From a virus: a DNA stretch of 64,000 bases. The translations under genes were made by a program, and so were the position numbers. Location: positions 1 through 64,000 of the IMG/VR virus record IMGVR_UViG_3300044655_001100. One strand, written 5' to 3'. Numbering within the stretch: position 1 is the stretch's first letter; each line of letters starts with the position of its first letter. The notes under the pieces are model-generated. The model worked only from the letters and a program-made list of their open reading frames with translations, was not told the origin of the DNA and searched no databases. Positions 40,098 to 48,712 of this stretch are shown here, piece by piece.

Positions 40098-40369
40098 TTT
40101 TTTAATTCCCTTATCCTCCAAGCAATACCAGCGGCGGTATCACAAATCCCCTGACAATAGGGATCGTCCCGGTTATATTCGTCATTCATACTTTCAGCTA
40201 TTTCGGCTGCTTTTTCTATTGCCTCTTCCCATCCGCTCTCCCATGCAAGAAGCATAGTCATATCCGGTTGGCGTAATTTCGAGACTTCTTGCTGCAGTCT
40301 GCGAATTATTAAAATCTTTTCCTCTGAACTTAGTTTGCTGAGTTCCCGATCATGCCAACCCTGTTCCAT
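40094..40369 (-). CDS. Hypothetical protein (AIE.AA...IR.L family)
   Basis: EAIEKAAEIAE...AWRIRELKK. Confidence 0.55.
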   Translation of the reverse strand: MEQGWHDRELSKLSSEEKILIIRRLQQEVSKLRQPDMTMLLAWESGWEEAIEKAAEIAESMNDEYNRDDPYCQGICDTAAGIAWRIRELKK

Positions 40370-40568
40370 CGTATTCGCCTTTTAGATCTCGTATAGCCTT
40401 GGCGACTTCCTTCTTCCGCTCTTCGGCATGTATCTTACTTACTATATGTTTGGCGCCAATGTCATAAGCCTCAACGACCTTGGCTGCGCTCTCCAAGCCA
40501 TCCAGCAACCCTCGCCCATAGGCGTTCTGAATCATCCAGTGAACATCAGATTCGTTAAATATTGCCAC
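40350..40568 (-). CDS. Hypothetical protein (same family)
   Basis: GLESAAKVVE...AKAIRDLK. Confidence 0.55.
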   Translation of the reverse strand: MAIFNESDVHWMIQNAYGRGLLDGLESAAKVVEAYDIGAKHIVSKIHAEERKKEVAKAIRDLKGEYDGTGLA

Positions 40569-40782
40569 GATCAGCCTCTAGCTCCTTGATCTTCTCCAAG
40601 AGGCGCTGGTTCATAATCTCACTGGTCTTTTTGCGCTGGGCCTCACAGCCAGCATTTAAGGCGGCTTTCATGCCTTCCTTGTTAATTAGCTGACGATCAC
40701 CACCAAAGCCTACTAAGGCTATCCAAGCAGCGTCAATTGCCTCATCGTACCAGTCCATTGATCTCTCCTTAGTGTAAGCCAT
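40555..40782 (-). CDS. Hypothetical protein
   Basis: Coupled small ORF. Confidence 0.5.
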   Translation of the reverse strand: MAYTKERSMDWYDEAIDAAWIALVGFGGDRQLINKEGMKAALNAGCEAQRKKTSEIMNQRLLEKIKELEADRGNI

Positions 40783-41018
40783 CAGTTTACAGGCTCATCT
40801 TCCCGTATAGCGGCAGCTATCATCTTGCCTTCGTTTGGGTAATAGATGTTTTCAGCTATTTTGGCGCAACGCTCACGCTCTTGCTTTAGCTCTGCCTCTA
40901 GTTCAGCGATGCGCTTTGCTTGTGCTTCTAATGCGTCTGCGGATTCTCCGGCATCGCCGTCTTGCAAATGTTCTTGTAGAAGCCGCAATCGCTGCACTAG
41001 GTCTGAATAGTCAGTCAT
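40782..41018 (-). CDS. Hypothetical protein (MTD..DLVQRLR family)
   Basis: ATGA coupling at 41018; ERERCAKIAE...IAAAIR. Confidence 0.55.
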   Translation of the reverse strand: MTDYSDLVQRLRLLQEHLQDGDAGESADALEAQAKRIAELEAELKQERERCAKIAENIYYPNEGKMIAAAIREDEPVN

Positions 41019-41212
41019 TCTCGCCCCATCGTAATGTTCTGCTGCGCACGGATGTCTTGGTTTGCATACGTCCAGCATTCCCTACCATCGTCCAGAAACA
41101 CAACCCAAAGCAGATTATGCTCTGGGCCATAGTCTATCACCAGGTGCGCAAGGCCACTGCCCCTAGGTGTCATTACAGGCAATGGAGGATTCAGCTGCTG
41201 GATGTGGGTCAC
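41015..41212 (-). CDS. Conserved phage hypothetical protein
   Basis: QLNPP.PV.TP.G.G.A..VIDYG.EH.L.WV...N.T.GR. Confidence 0.65.
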   Translation of the reverse strand: MTHIQQLNPPLPVMTPRGSGLAHLVIDYGPEHNLLWVVFLDDGRECWTYANQDIRAQQNITMGRE

Positions 41213-41565
41213 TTCTTATCCTCACTCTCCAAAATAACGTCCGATGCTGATGTTTGACTCAAAATATCCTCACCTGCGCGAATTAAGTAATCTGGTATCT
41301 CTGTCGTCATTGTCATTTGATTGCGCTTGGCATCCTGCGAACTAACGTATTTAAACAATTCCGTCATCCATCCCTGTAAGAACGCAATACGTCTTGACAT
41401 TAGTTTACGTTTCCAGAGATAGGCGTCACACTCGAATTTCAGTTGATGTTCAAGTTCCTCAATCCGATTTGCTTGTTCCTCAATAGCGTCGGCGGCTTCG
41501 CATTCAGCTACAAGATCGTTCCACTTGGTTCTCAGTCGCTGCACAAGGTCTGTATGGTCAGTCAT
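41209..41565 (-). CDS. Hypothetical protein (MTD..DLVQRLR family)
   Basis: EAADAIEEQA.RIEELE. Confidence 0.55.
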   Translation of the reverse strand: MTDHTDLVQRLRTKWNDLVAECEAADAIEEQANRIEELEHQLKFECDAYLWKRKLMSRRIAFLQGWMTELFKYVSSQDAKRNQMTMTTEIPDYLIRAGEDILSQTSASDVILESEDKK

Positions 41566-41723
41566 TTCTTCAATTTCCTTATAGCTGCAGCCAGTTCTTC
41601 TTTGGGTAAGTCAAGACTGTTTAATAAATTTGCCGCATCATCAATGGCGCCATTATAAACTTCTCGAAAGATAAAAGTTAATATTTGCAATTCTCGCTCA
41701 TTTAATTCTGAATCTTCGCTCAT
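41562..41723 (-). CDS. Hypothetical protein (53 aa)
   Basis: Own translation ...NGAIDDAANLLN...LAAAIRKLKK; ATGA coupling. Confidence 0.5.
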   Translation of the reverse strand: MSEDSELNERELQILTFIFREVYNGAIDDAANLLNSLDLPKEELAAAIRKLKK

Positions 41724-41728
41724 AATAA

Positions 41729-42160
41729 TTACCTACAAAGAGGGACACCAAATTTATTCAAATCATTTCCAGTCATTTTAGTCCATTTTGTGGTTTTCAA
41801 AGCTCCGTGACTGTCTAAATATTCTGTAACAGCTGGATACCTCCTATTGTAAGCAGAGCGTAAAACGTCATTTCCTTCTTCACTTATTTGTTTTGTAAAT
41901 GGGTTATGAGCTCCGTGGAACCAAAATTGACTATCTGGCTGAACACAAGTCGCATGGGCGAGGCTCATAGTTCCAGCTGAATGATAGCTCTTTCCGGTAG
42001 CTGGCCTAGCATTGTCTAAATGAAGGGCTTGCCAGCATCTACGGGGATCGCCACCGTGAGCAGCCGTGCAGCCATAATCTTTGTCGCCTATGCCTGGTAG
42101 CTGATAGCTACAGCCAGTAAAAAGCAAAATATAAAAAACAAGCAGATAATTAAGTTTCAT
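41729..42160 (-). CDS. Lipoprotein with degenerate ClpP/crotonase-like domain
   Basis: LFTGC lipobox; HGG...SAGT...CV...FWFH. Confidence 0.5.
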   Translation of the reverse strand: MKLNYLLVFYILLFTGCSYQLPGIGDKDYGCTAAHGGDPRRCWQALHLDNARPATGKSYHSAGTMSLAHATCVQPDSQFWFHGAHNPFTKQISEEGNDVLRSAYNRRYPAVTEYLDSHGALKTTKWTKMTGNDLNKFGVPLCR

Positions 42161-42161
42161 A

Positions 42162-42401
42162 TTAATTGGCCTTTTTGGTTCTCTTTCTTGGTGCAGCTTT
42201 AGCGGTAGGCGCCTTAACTGGTGTGGGGGCTGGTACAGGAAGGCTTTTTAATCTTTCTATTTCTTGCTTTAGTTCCTGAATTTCTTCGTCTTGCGTAATG
42301 ATTATACGAGCCGCCTCATCCATCGTTATCTGGGCTGAAGGTGGGATATAGCTTTTACCCCAGCTTTTCAGTTGCTCTATTAATAGTTCAAGATTTATCA
42401 T
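42162..42401 (-). CDS. Hypothetical coiled-coil protein
   Basis: Basic, Pro/Ala-rich tail. Confidence 0.5.
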   Translation of the reverse strand: MINLELLIEQLKSWGKSYIPPSAQITMDEAARIIITQDEEIQELKQEIERLKSLPVPAPTPVKAPTAKAAPRKRTKKAN

Positions 42402-42403
42402 GG

Positions 42404-43210
42404 TCAGTTCCCCGCTGTTTCATAACGTCCCGTAAGCATATCATATTCCAATACGGTTGCCTTACCGGTATTCCAGTCAGTGCATGTCATTTCATCTGGC
42501 ACGACCTCAACGGATCGGCAGATCTTTCTTTCAATAGCTATGTCATTTTTGGTGTATTGAATTGCGGAGACATACATCCCCTGCTTGTCCCAATAATATA
42601 TGTTTATAGATGCCACGCCGTTTTTGAAATTGTATTTTTTTATGTTCAATTTCCCAAATTGGGAAGTTGAGGTATTGCCAGCCCACTGCCAGTATTTAGC
42701 CCAATCAGCTTCCTTCTGCTCCTCTGGGGTCAGAGAAGGCTCTGGAGCCTCTGTAGGCTGTTGGGTGGGTGTATTGCCGTAATTGACGTTAGCAGCCACT
42801 GTAGGGGCTTTGTAGGGCGTTTCATCACAATCTGGGATGCCTAATGATCGCAGATCGGAATAATTAAGGGTTGCCTCAGTGCTGTAGGAGGCTTGGATCT
42901 TGCCTTCGAGATGCTGTCTTATACGTGTTGGCAAATTGGCCAACATCCGATTGGTTACATCTGGACGTAATCTATGGGTATCTGGCTCATAGGCTTGGTG
43001 CCAAGCAACGATAGCCATCTCATCAACGCATACGTTAGGAACCGTCAGAGCTAGGGTGCAAGCTGATCGGCATTGACCCCTAATCTCTACCCGTATGCCT
43101 TTCTCACGATAATTGAAGGCGGCATCCTCATATTTATGAACGTAGCCCCCGTAATCTTTTGTGATCACAACGGGTGAGTTAACTGGTGGCACATCTAGAA
43201 ACATTGGCAT
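42404..43210 (-). CDS. ClpP/crotonase-fold-like protein
   Basis: DYGG.V...VEIRGQCRSACT...VCV.....WHQA. Confidence 0.55.
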   Translation of the reverse strand: MPMFLDVPPVNSPVVITKDYGGYVHKYEDAAFNYREKGIRVEIRGQCRSACTLALTVPNVCVDEMAIVAWHQAYEPDTHRLRPDVTNRMLANLPTRIRQHLEGKIQASYSTEATLNYSDLRSLGIPDCDETPYKAPTVAANVNYGNTPTQQPTEAPEPSLTPEEQKEADWAKYWQWAGNTSTSQFGKLNIKKYNFKNGVASINIYYWDKQGMYVSAIQYTKNDIAIERKICRSVEVVPDEMTCTDWNTGKATVLEYDMLTGRYETAGN

Positions 43211-43275
43211 AGGCGTAAATCCGATGGTTAGGTTAAGACCACCTATACATAGCGCATAATTAATAGAGCGTCAAT

Positions 43276-43575
43276 TCAGTGTTTTAAGTATTCTTTGGCA
43301 AACTTTTTTTCTTTTTTTTCTGCTTCTTCAGATTCTTGATAAGTAGCTTTGGCATGGTCGCAGATCCTGCTTAACATGCTCTCCATTTCTTCTGGGTGGA
43401 TGTATTTAAATAACGTAGATCCAACTAGCGTTCCTAAAACAAAAAACGCATCTTGATAGTGCGGATATAGCATATCAATAACGCTTTCAGTCGCCTCAGT
43501 AGCCAGCATGGTTTTCTGATATCTAGCTTTTAGCTCTGGTGAATTTGGATCAAACTCATCGTCATCAATATCCAT
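43276..43575 (-). CDS. Hypothetical protein
   Basis: AGGAGGGG SD. Confidence 0.6.
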   Translation of the reverse strand: MDIDDDEFDPNSPELKARYQKTMLATEATESVIDMLYPHYQDAFFVLGTLVGSTLFKYIHPEEMESMLSRICDHAKATYQESEEAEKKEKKFAKEYLKH

Positions 43576-43631
43576 TTTCCCCTCCTAATAAAATTACTGG
43601 GTTTGCGAAATTTCACGGGTACTAGATGATC

Positions 43632-43758
43632 ACCTAGTGGCTACCCGAATATCGCCTTGTAGCGCCTCAACGTCACACCCTAAATGTCAATAAAGGATGC
43701 TGTTTCACGCTCCCCCGTTGCCCAGTATCCGGTTGGGGGTCGGAGTCTGCCACTAGGT
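43632..43758 (-). ncRNA. Candidate structured ncRNA (four-way junction)
   Basis: 10-bp terminal inverted repeat ACCTAGTGGC/GCCACTAGGT enclosing three arms; G-U pairs favour the minus strand. Confidence 0.45.
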
Positions 43759-43760
43759 AT

Positions 43761-44147
43761 TCAGTAGAATCCACCGCAGCTACGGCCATAATAACCGCCA
43801 TCACACTGCATATAGAAACCGCGAGGGCCGTAATAGTTGCCACCTTGATGAGGGAATTTTGCAATCCGGCCATCGCTGGCGCCACAAGCATAGCTTACAT
43901 AATACCAAGTAATTGGCCCCGGCATTGCGTCTGCAAAAAACCCACCAGATTTACTATGTGAATCTAATATTTGATAGTTGCCTTTGCATGTTGCTCTAGC
44001 CTCTTGATAGCAATCGCTAGAACTTCCCTGGCAGCTTGTCTGATGGATCTGACGACCATCTGGCCCTTGTGCAGATTGTGTCTCAGCATAAGCGGCTCCA
44101 ATCATAATCCAAATAAGAATTGCAAATACTAAAAATGCCAGTCTCAT
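43761..44147 (-). CDS. Secreted Cys-containing protein
   Basis: Signal peptide ending AYA; six Cys. Confidence 0.6.
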   Translation of the reverse strand: MRLAFLVFAILIWIMIGAAYAETQSAQGPDGRQIHQTSCQGSSSDCYQEARATCKGNYQILDSHSKSGGFFADAMPGPITWYYVSYACGASDGRIAKFPHQGGNYYGPRGFYMQCDGGYYGRSCGGFY

Positions 44148-44210
44148 CGTAAACTCCGTTGGTAAATGGGTGGGATAACAGACCCCACCCTATAGTTATT
44201 ATACGTTATG

Positions 44211-44633
44211 TCAAGCTGAGAAATCGATGTTGTTGTTGGCCTTGGCATTGTTATTGTTGGTCTTAGCCGTTACCACATTTGTAGCTTCTGGGAGCTTGGC
44301 CAGCACTGGTGATGTCTCACGCAGCAATTCATCCTCAAGACCCTTCTCAAGGATATTAGAGATCCGGTCGATTACAGGACTTGTAGAGCCACCAACTGGC
44401 GCCAAAGAAGAGTGCTCACTGGTTGATGTCTCTGGGCCTTCGAGATGCTGGATAGCCGATTCTACGGCCATTTGAACCCGCATGTCATTATCCCTAAATG
44501 GGCCATTGTATCCTATAGCATACAAAAGTTCACGAATAGCATTATTAATAATTGACTTTTGCCTAGCCTGTAGTGCCGGACCTGTTAAAGCACCATTGGT
44601 GACTGCCTTTAAGTTAGTTACGCTCAGCATCAT
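44211..44633 (-). CDS. Hypothetical protein
   Basis: AAGGAG SD. Confidence 0.55.
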   Translation of the reverse strand: MMLSVTNLKAVTNGALTGPALQARQKSIINNAIRELLYAIGYNGPFRDNDMRVQMAVESAIQHLEGPETSTSEHSSLAPVGGSTSPVIDRISNILEKGLEDELLRETSPVLAKLPEATNVVTAKTNNNNAKANNNIDFSA

Positions 44634-44787
44634 TTTTCTCCTTTATATGCACCGTTATTTTCTTTTTAGGGGCATTGGTGCGGCGCTCCCAAACCGGCGT
44701 GTTCCACCATTTCTTAAATGTTGGCCACACCTCAGCTACAAATGCCGCACAGCAAATCGCTGTTACAGCAATTCCAATCCAAATCAT
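44614..44787 (-). CDS. Small membrane protein
   Basis: MIWIGIAVTAICCAAFV; ATGA coupling. Confidence 0.45.
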   Translation of the reverse strand: MIWIGIAVTAICCAAFVAEVWPTFKKWWNTPVWERRTNAPKKKITVHIKEKNDAERN

Positions 44788-45098
44788 TGTGTATCCTCTA
44801 TCCAATTCTTTAATGCCCCTTCGTAGCGGAACCATTGTCCTTGGTGTCTGTAATGCTCAAATGATTTTTCAATTTCACCCAATAATTTTATTCCGCCTGG
44901 TATTTCTTTTATTATTGTAAGCTCAAAAGGGCAGTTAGATTGCAAATCTTTTAAAAACCATTTTGTGCTTGACGATCTGCAAAGCCTGACAAAGTTCTCA
45001 CATTTAACAAATAATATTTTTTCGTTTACTAGCTGTCTCAATCGACGTTTTTTTGCATCACATATATCATCTTCCTCGTAGTTTAATGAACTAAGCAT
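44784..45098 (-). CDS. GIY-YIG/T5orf172-like protein (degenerate)
   Basis: LQ..CP..L...G....E....F...R..G.WF. Confidence 0.45.
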   Translation of the reverse strand: MLSSLNYEEDDICDAKKRRLRQLVNEKILFVKCENFVRLCRSSSTKWFLKDLQSNCPFELTIIKEIPGGIKLLGEIEKSFEHYRHQGQWFRYEGALKNWIEDTQ

Positions 45099-45107
45099 AC
45101 TAATCTC

Positions 45108-45464
45108 CTACTCAAACATTGGCTTTCTTGGCGGAAGTTCTAATTTTGGCTTTTTCTCTTTTTTAGCAAAACCTCTTGATTGTATTTTTTGTTTTGAGGG
45201 CGCCGCCCCTAAATGTTTGGCCTCTACTCTCTTTGCCTTGGCTATACGAGCCACATCATCTTTAGTCTTTTCAGAATGGCATGGGAGACATAGCAAGCGG
45301 CTATTTTCAAATGTGGGCTCTCCTAAAAGCCCGTCAGCCCTAATGTGATCAATCTGCCATTTCCGGCATGGAAGACCACAAAGATCACAATAGGTGACAC
45401 CATCCTTAGTCGCCGCTTTTATGCGCTCAACTATAATAGCTTTAGTAAAATTACGCCTTACCAT
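45108..45464 (-). CDS. HNH endonuclease
   Basis: CDLCG...IDH...N..LLC..CH..KT. Confidence 0.8.
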   Translation of the reverse strand: MVRRNFTKAIIVERIKAATKDGVTYCDLCGLPCRKWQIDHIRADGLLGEPTFENSRLLCLPCHSEKTKDDVARIAKAKRVEAKHLGAAPSKQKIQSRGFAKKEKKPKLELPPRKPMFE

Positions 45465-45750
45465 ATTTAATCTTCATAGCTTTCAATGCGTCATCTGTTC
45501 CATATGCTGGTGTAATTCTAACTGGGTCTTTAGAGCTTGGGCCTTGTGTTTCCCAAAACTTTAATGGTGCCCTATTAACTTCCAGTTCTTTCACCATAGA
45601 CTCCGCTTCACTAATAAAAACACGAATTGAACTATTAGTGACTTCAGAGATCGTCAACTTATTCTTTTTTGTAAATGATTTAAGCTTTCGGGCCACGCTT
45701 GCCTCAAGACGGGTGCTAAACCCAACAAGCTTTGCTTTTCTTTTCTTCAT
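45451..45750 (-). CDS. Putative ribbon-helix-helix DNA-binding protein
   Basis: FSTRL....KL........ISE....I. Confidence 0.45.
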   Translation of the reverse strand: MKKRKAKLVGFSTRLEASVARKLKSFTKKNKLTISEVTNSSIRVFISEAESMVKELEVNRAPLKFWETQGPSSKDPVRITPAYGTDDALKAMKIKYGKA

Positions 45751-46088
45751 CCTATTCTCCGTTCAATTCTTGATGTTGCTTCACGGCTTACCTCTTCGCT
45801 AAACCGCATTCTTAAATAGTCTAATTGGACTTTGGCTTTGTTCGCTTTAGTCCTGGCGGTGACTGTATCTTCAACCAGCCGGAGCCAGTCGTCGGAGGCT
45901 TTAACTCTTGCTTCTGCTCTGGAGATTGGGATGTCACCGTGGTCTGCCATCCATTGTGAGAGGATACTACTTTTTGAGTCTTCGAGGAGTCGTGCTGCAT
46001 GATCAAGATCAACCCATTCCTCTGCCGCTATCCGATAGAGTTCAGATAGCGGCATATCGTTTTTGTTAAGGTCAGATACCCCATTCAT
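45747..46088 (-). CDS. Conserved phage hypothetical protein of the recombination module
   Basis: W..L..AA.LLE..K...AE..VKAS..W coiled coil. Confidence 0.6.
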   Translation of the reverse strand: MNGVSDLNKNDMPLSELYRIAAEEWVDLDHAARLLEDSKSSILSQWMADHGDIPISRAEARVKASDDWLRLVEDTVTARTKANKAKVQLDYLRMRFSEEVSREATSRIERRIG

Positions 46089-46314
46089 TATCGTCTCTGC
46101 TCACTTGTTTGGCAGGAGCACCGCCCATGCCTTGTGGCTCCGATACCGAAACGCTCAAGAACTTCTTGCCGGCTTTAGATGTCTTCTTCCAACCAGCAAG
46201 ACGATACTCTTTGCCTTCGACATTTAACTTTCCTGTAAAGTCAGGTGATTTCTCTGTTTTCTTTTCGTCTACAGGGAAAAGAGTTCCGGTATTGGTGTTA
46301 TCGTACTCAGCCAT
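46072..46314 (-). CDS. Putative small single-stranded DNA-binding protein (DUF736-like)
   Basis: G.LF...K....PD..G......LAGW......FLS; acidic/aromatic tail. Confidence 0.6.
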   Translation of the reverse strand: MAEYDNTNTGTLFPVDEKKTEKSPDFTGKLNVEGKEYRLAGWKKTSKAGKKFLSVSVSEPQGMGGAPAKQVSRDDNEWGI

Positions 46315-46942
46315 TTACATGCTCCTTAAGTGCTGCTTCTACTTGGTTATAAACTTTAGTTACTTCCTGTACGTGTTCCTTGTGCAAAGAACGCTTTATG
46401 CTTCCATTTGCTTTTTTCCATGCTTCTAACTCATCGTTAGATGTAACTTCGTAAAGACTCTCAACAGCCTTATCCATTAGGTTCTTAGATTCAGTATCGC
46501 TTAAGACTTTAACCTGTGGCTTAACGTCTGGAAGAATATCTTTGTCATGGCTATCCGCATCCTTCTCGCCAGTAGGCACCTTGAAGATAGCTCTCAAGAA
46601 ATACTTCTCAGCATAGGACTGAGCCGAAGCATAAGCCTGTGGGCCAGAAGCTTTGACAGTCACTTGGCGATGGATAGGGCCATAGCTGTCACCCTCCTCG
46701 CTAACCAGATGCAGTTCATAATTAGCTGTCAGATAGCCCTTGTCTGTGACTACGCTAACCTCATCAATGATCACAAATATGCCAGCCTCAGCCATGATAG
46801 GGCCAAGAGCCTCATAAAAGCTGTCAACGGTTACATAGTTGTAGTTAGCAAATTCATTGCGTTTGTCATGGTGCAGCTTTTTGATATTGCGCTTTACCGC
46901 AATGACCTTAACCGCAACGGTCTTTGGCATGGTTGGCATCAC
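46307..46942 (-). CDS. ERF-family single-strand annealing protein
   Basis: N.F.NY.Y...QAYASA.SYA.KYFL...F.V.TGE.DAD. Confidence 0.8.
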   Translation of the reverse strand: MMPTMPKTVAVKVIAVKRNIKKLHHDKRNEFANYNYVTVDSFYEALGPIMAEAGIFVIIDEVSVVTDKGYLTANYELHLVSEEGDSYGPIHRQVTVKASGPQAYASAQSYAEKYFLRAIFKVPTGEKDADSHDKDILPDVKPQVKVLSDTESKNLMDKAVESLYEVTSNDELEAWKKANGSIKRSLHKEHVQEVTKVYNQVEAALKEHVNG

Positions 46943-47586
46943 TTGACTCCTTCGATATGGTTGAATTTAGCGTTTTCGAGTTTCTTGATCTCTTCATCAA
47001 CTTCTTTAAGGAAGTTAACAACGATCTCTTCCAACTGAGCGATAAACAAATCATCCCGCTCTATACGCTCAAGGTAGATGCGGTATTGCTCTGGCAAGCG
47101 TGGATCAAACGACATAAAGTCACAAAACTTTCTGCCTGTACAAGCCATCTGCCATTGGACTTGAAAGTTATGGTCTTCCGGCATCTTGTTTTCACGCAAT
47201 GTCAAAACATGCGTAACCGTAGTAGGGCATTTGATTTCCAAAAGTCCATCGGTTCCTACTAGACCATCGGGGGATGCCCCAGCACGTTCGATACGTGGAT
47301 GTTTGACAAATGGCGCATCCGTAACATTGTCCCATACAATTTCACGATATGCTTCACGGGCCATTTCCTCAGTGTCAATGCCATGCTGCATAGCTTCTGA
47401 CGTTGGTATCTTAATTGATACACCAGTGATAATCTCAGCGATTAGCTGGTTTTTATACGTCTCACGGGTTGCATAAAAGCTACCGTTCTTTTGCTTCTTA
47501 GCAATATCCTTAAGCTTAGATGCAGTTACCAAACCACGGCGCTGCTCAAACCATGCCGTACTGCGTTGTGCAATTTCGTTTTCCAT
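46939..47586 (-). CDS. YqaJ/lambda-type exonuclease
   Basis: QRS..W...R.G.VTAS; GASPDGLV; LEIKCP; QVQWQM. Confidence 0.92.
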   Translation of the reverse strand: MENEIAQRSTAWFEQRRGLVTASKLKDIAKKQKNGSFYATRETYKNQLIAEIITGVSIKIPTSEAMQHGIDTEEMAREAYREIVWDNVTDAPFVKHPRIERAGASPDGLVGTDGLLEIKCPTTVTHVLTLRENKMPEDHNFQVQWQMACTGRKFCDFMSFDPRLPEQYRIYLERIERDDLFIAQLEEIVVNFLKEVDEEIKKLENAKFNHIEGVK

Positions 47587-47597
47587 TACAATGCTCC

Positions 47598-47867
47598 TTA
47601 GAAATCTATCTCGTCTAAAGCCAGTTCTTCTTCTTCTTTAGTCATTGGCGTAATTACTGACTGAAATGCTGAGTTAAAAGCATTTACACCATTGCGCAAA
47701 GCATTACGCAAAAGTTGATGGTCGGATGGATCTATTGCGGGAAATGTAACTCGAACTGAACCAAAATCTTTTGATTGATCAGTAAGACTTAACGTAACGG
47801 AATAGCTATCTTCACTAAAAGATAACGAAAATGTTTTGTCTGAATACACGATTGTGTAGGGTCGCAT
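47598..47867 (-). CDS. Hypothetical protein
   Basis: AACGGAG SD. Confidence 0.55.
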   Translation of the reverse strand: MRPYTIVYSDKTFSLSFSEDSYSVTLSLTDQSKDFGSVRVTFPAIDPSDHQLLRNALRNGVNAFNSAFQSVITPMTKEEEELALDEIDF

Positions 47868-47905
47868 CAGTAAGCTCCGTTGTAAGCATGTTGTAAGATG
47901 TAAGA

Positions 47906-47934
47906 TGATTACAACGTGTATAATTAGGTGTCAA
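47906..47934 (-). promoter_or_regulatory. Candidate promoter for the recombination operon
   Basis: TTGACA-N17-TAATCA; three TGTAAG repeats just downstream. Confidence 0.45.
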
Positions 47935-48712
47935 GGCGTTTTGTATAATATTCTTCGTGCTTCTTGATAGCCAACCCAATTATCTCTGGTATCTGAGGAA
48001 CTACAGCATTTCCTAGGGCTCTAGTTCTGTCCATCCGGTTGGAAACCCCATGAGCCACTCGATGAATGGCGGGTTCACATGGCCATCCCCCTTTTTCCAT
48101 CCTACGGATAACGCTACTTGTGTACCTAGATGAGAAGACTTTTCTATCGGTCTGAGATCCCCCCGATGATTCTGATTCCGGCATGTCATCCCCATCACCG
48201 AATCCGATGCCTTGGGGGTAGGCCACAATCCAGACTCTCTCACGGATGTGCGGTGCGCCAATGCTGGCCGCCGATATGCTTTCCCATTCTGCGTCATACC
48301 CGATCTCGGCCAAATCTCCGAGAACGGTGTCCATTCCTCTAGCAAGCAACCCTGGGACGTTTTCCACGATGACGTATCTGGGTCGTATTTCGCTAATAAG
48401 TCTGGCGAATTCTGACCATAATCCGCTGCGCTTTCCTTCAATCCCATTTTTTGCGCCAGCTGTGCTAACGTCCTGGCACGGGAACCCCCCACAGATTGCC
48501 TCAACGGTGATTCCGTCTCTTCTAAGTTGCTCTCCTGAAATAGTGGTAACGTCTTCATAAAGCGGAACCTCTGGCCAATGCTTGGATAAAACTTTTTTAC
48601 AAAACGGATCTATTTCACAAAAGGCTACAGTCTGAAAAGCTTGGGACCTTTCGAGCCCCAAGCTAAACCCACCAATGCCAGAAAATAAATCAAGCAGTTT
48701 TATAGGAGCCAT
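47924..48712 (-). CDS. DNA (cytosine-5) methyltransferase, catalytic chain
   Basis: LDLFSGIGG, GFPCQDVS, ENV, RERVW, LGNAVVP; start at 48712 coupled (TGATG) to the ATPase gene. Confidence 0.9.
   Translation of the reverse strand: MAPIKLLDLFSGIGGFSLGLERSQAFQTVAFCEIDPFCKKVLSKHWPEVPLYEDVTTISGEQLRRDGITVEAICGGFPCQDVSTAGAKNGIEGKRSGLWSEFARLISEIRPRYVIVENVPGLLARGMDTVLGDLAEIGYDAEWESISAASIGAPHIRERVWIVAYPQGIGFGDGDDMPESESSGGSQTDRKVFSSRYTSSVIRRMEKGGWPCEPAIHRVAHGVSNRMDRTRALGNAVVPQIPEIIGLAIKKHEEYYTKRLDT
48013..48558 (-). CDS. Nested alternative-frame MTase small chain (TRD plus motif IX)
   Basis: GAGGT SD; LWPTP...VNPPFIEWLMGFPTGWT, a motif IX-like block missing from the main frame. Confidence 0.7.
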   Translation of the reverse strand: MKTLPLFQESNLEETESPLRQSVGGSRARTLAQLAQKMGLKESAADYGQNSPDLLAKYDPDTSSWKTSQGCLLEEWTPFSEIWPRSGMTQNGKAYRRPALAHRTSVRESGLWPTPKASDSVMGMTCRNQNHRGDLRPIEKSSHLGTQVALSVGWKKGDGHVNPPFIEWLMGFPTGWTELEP

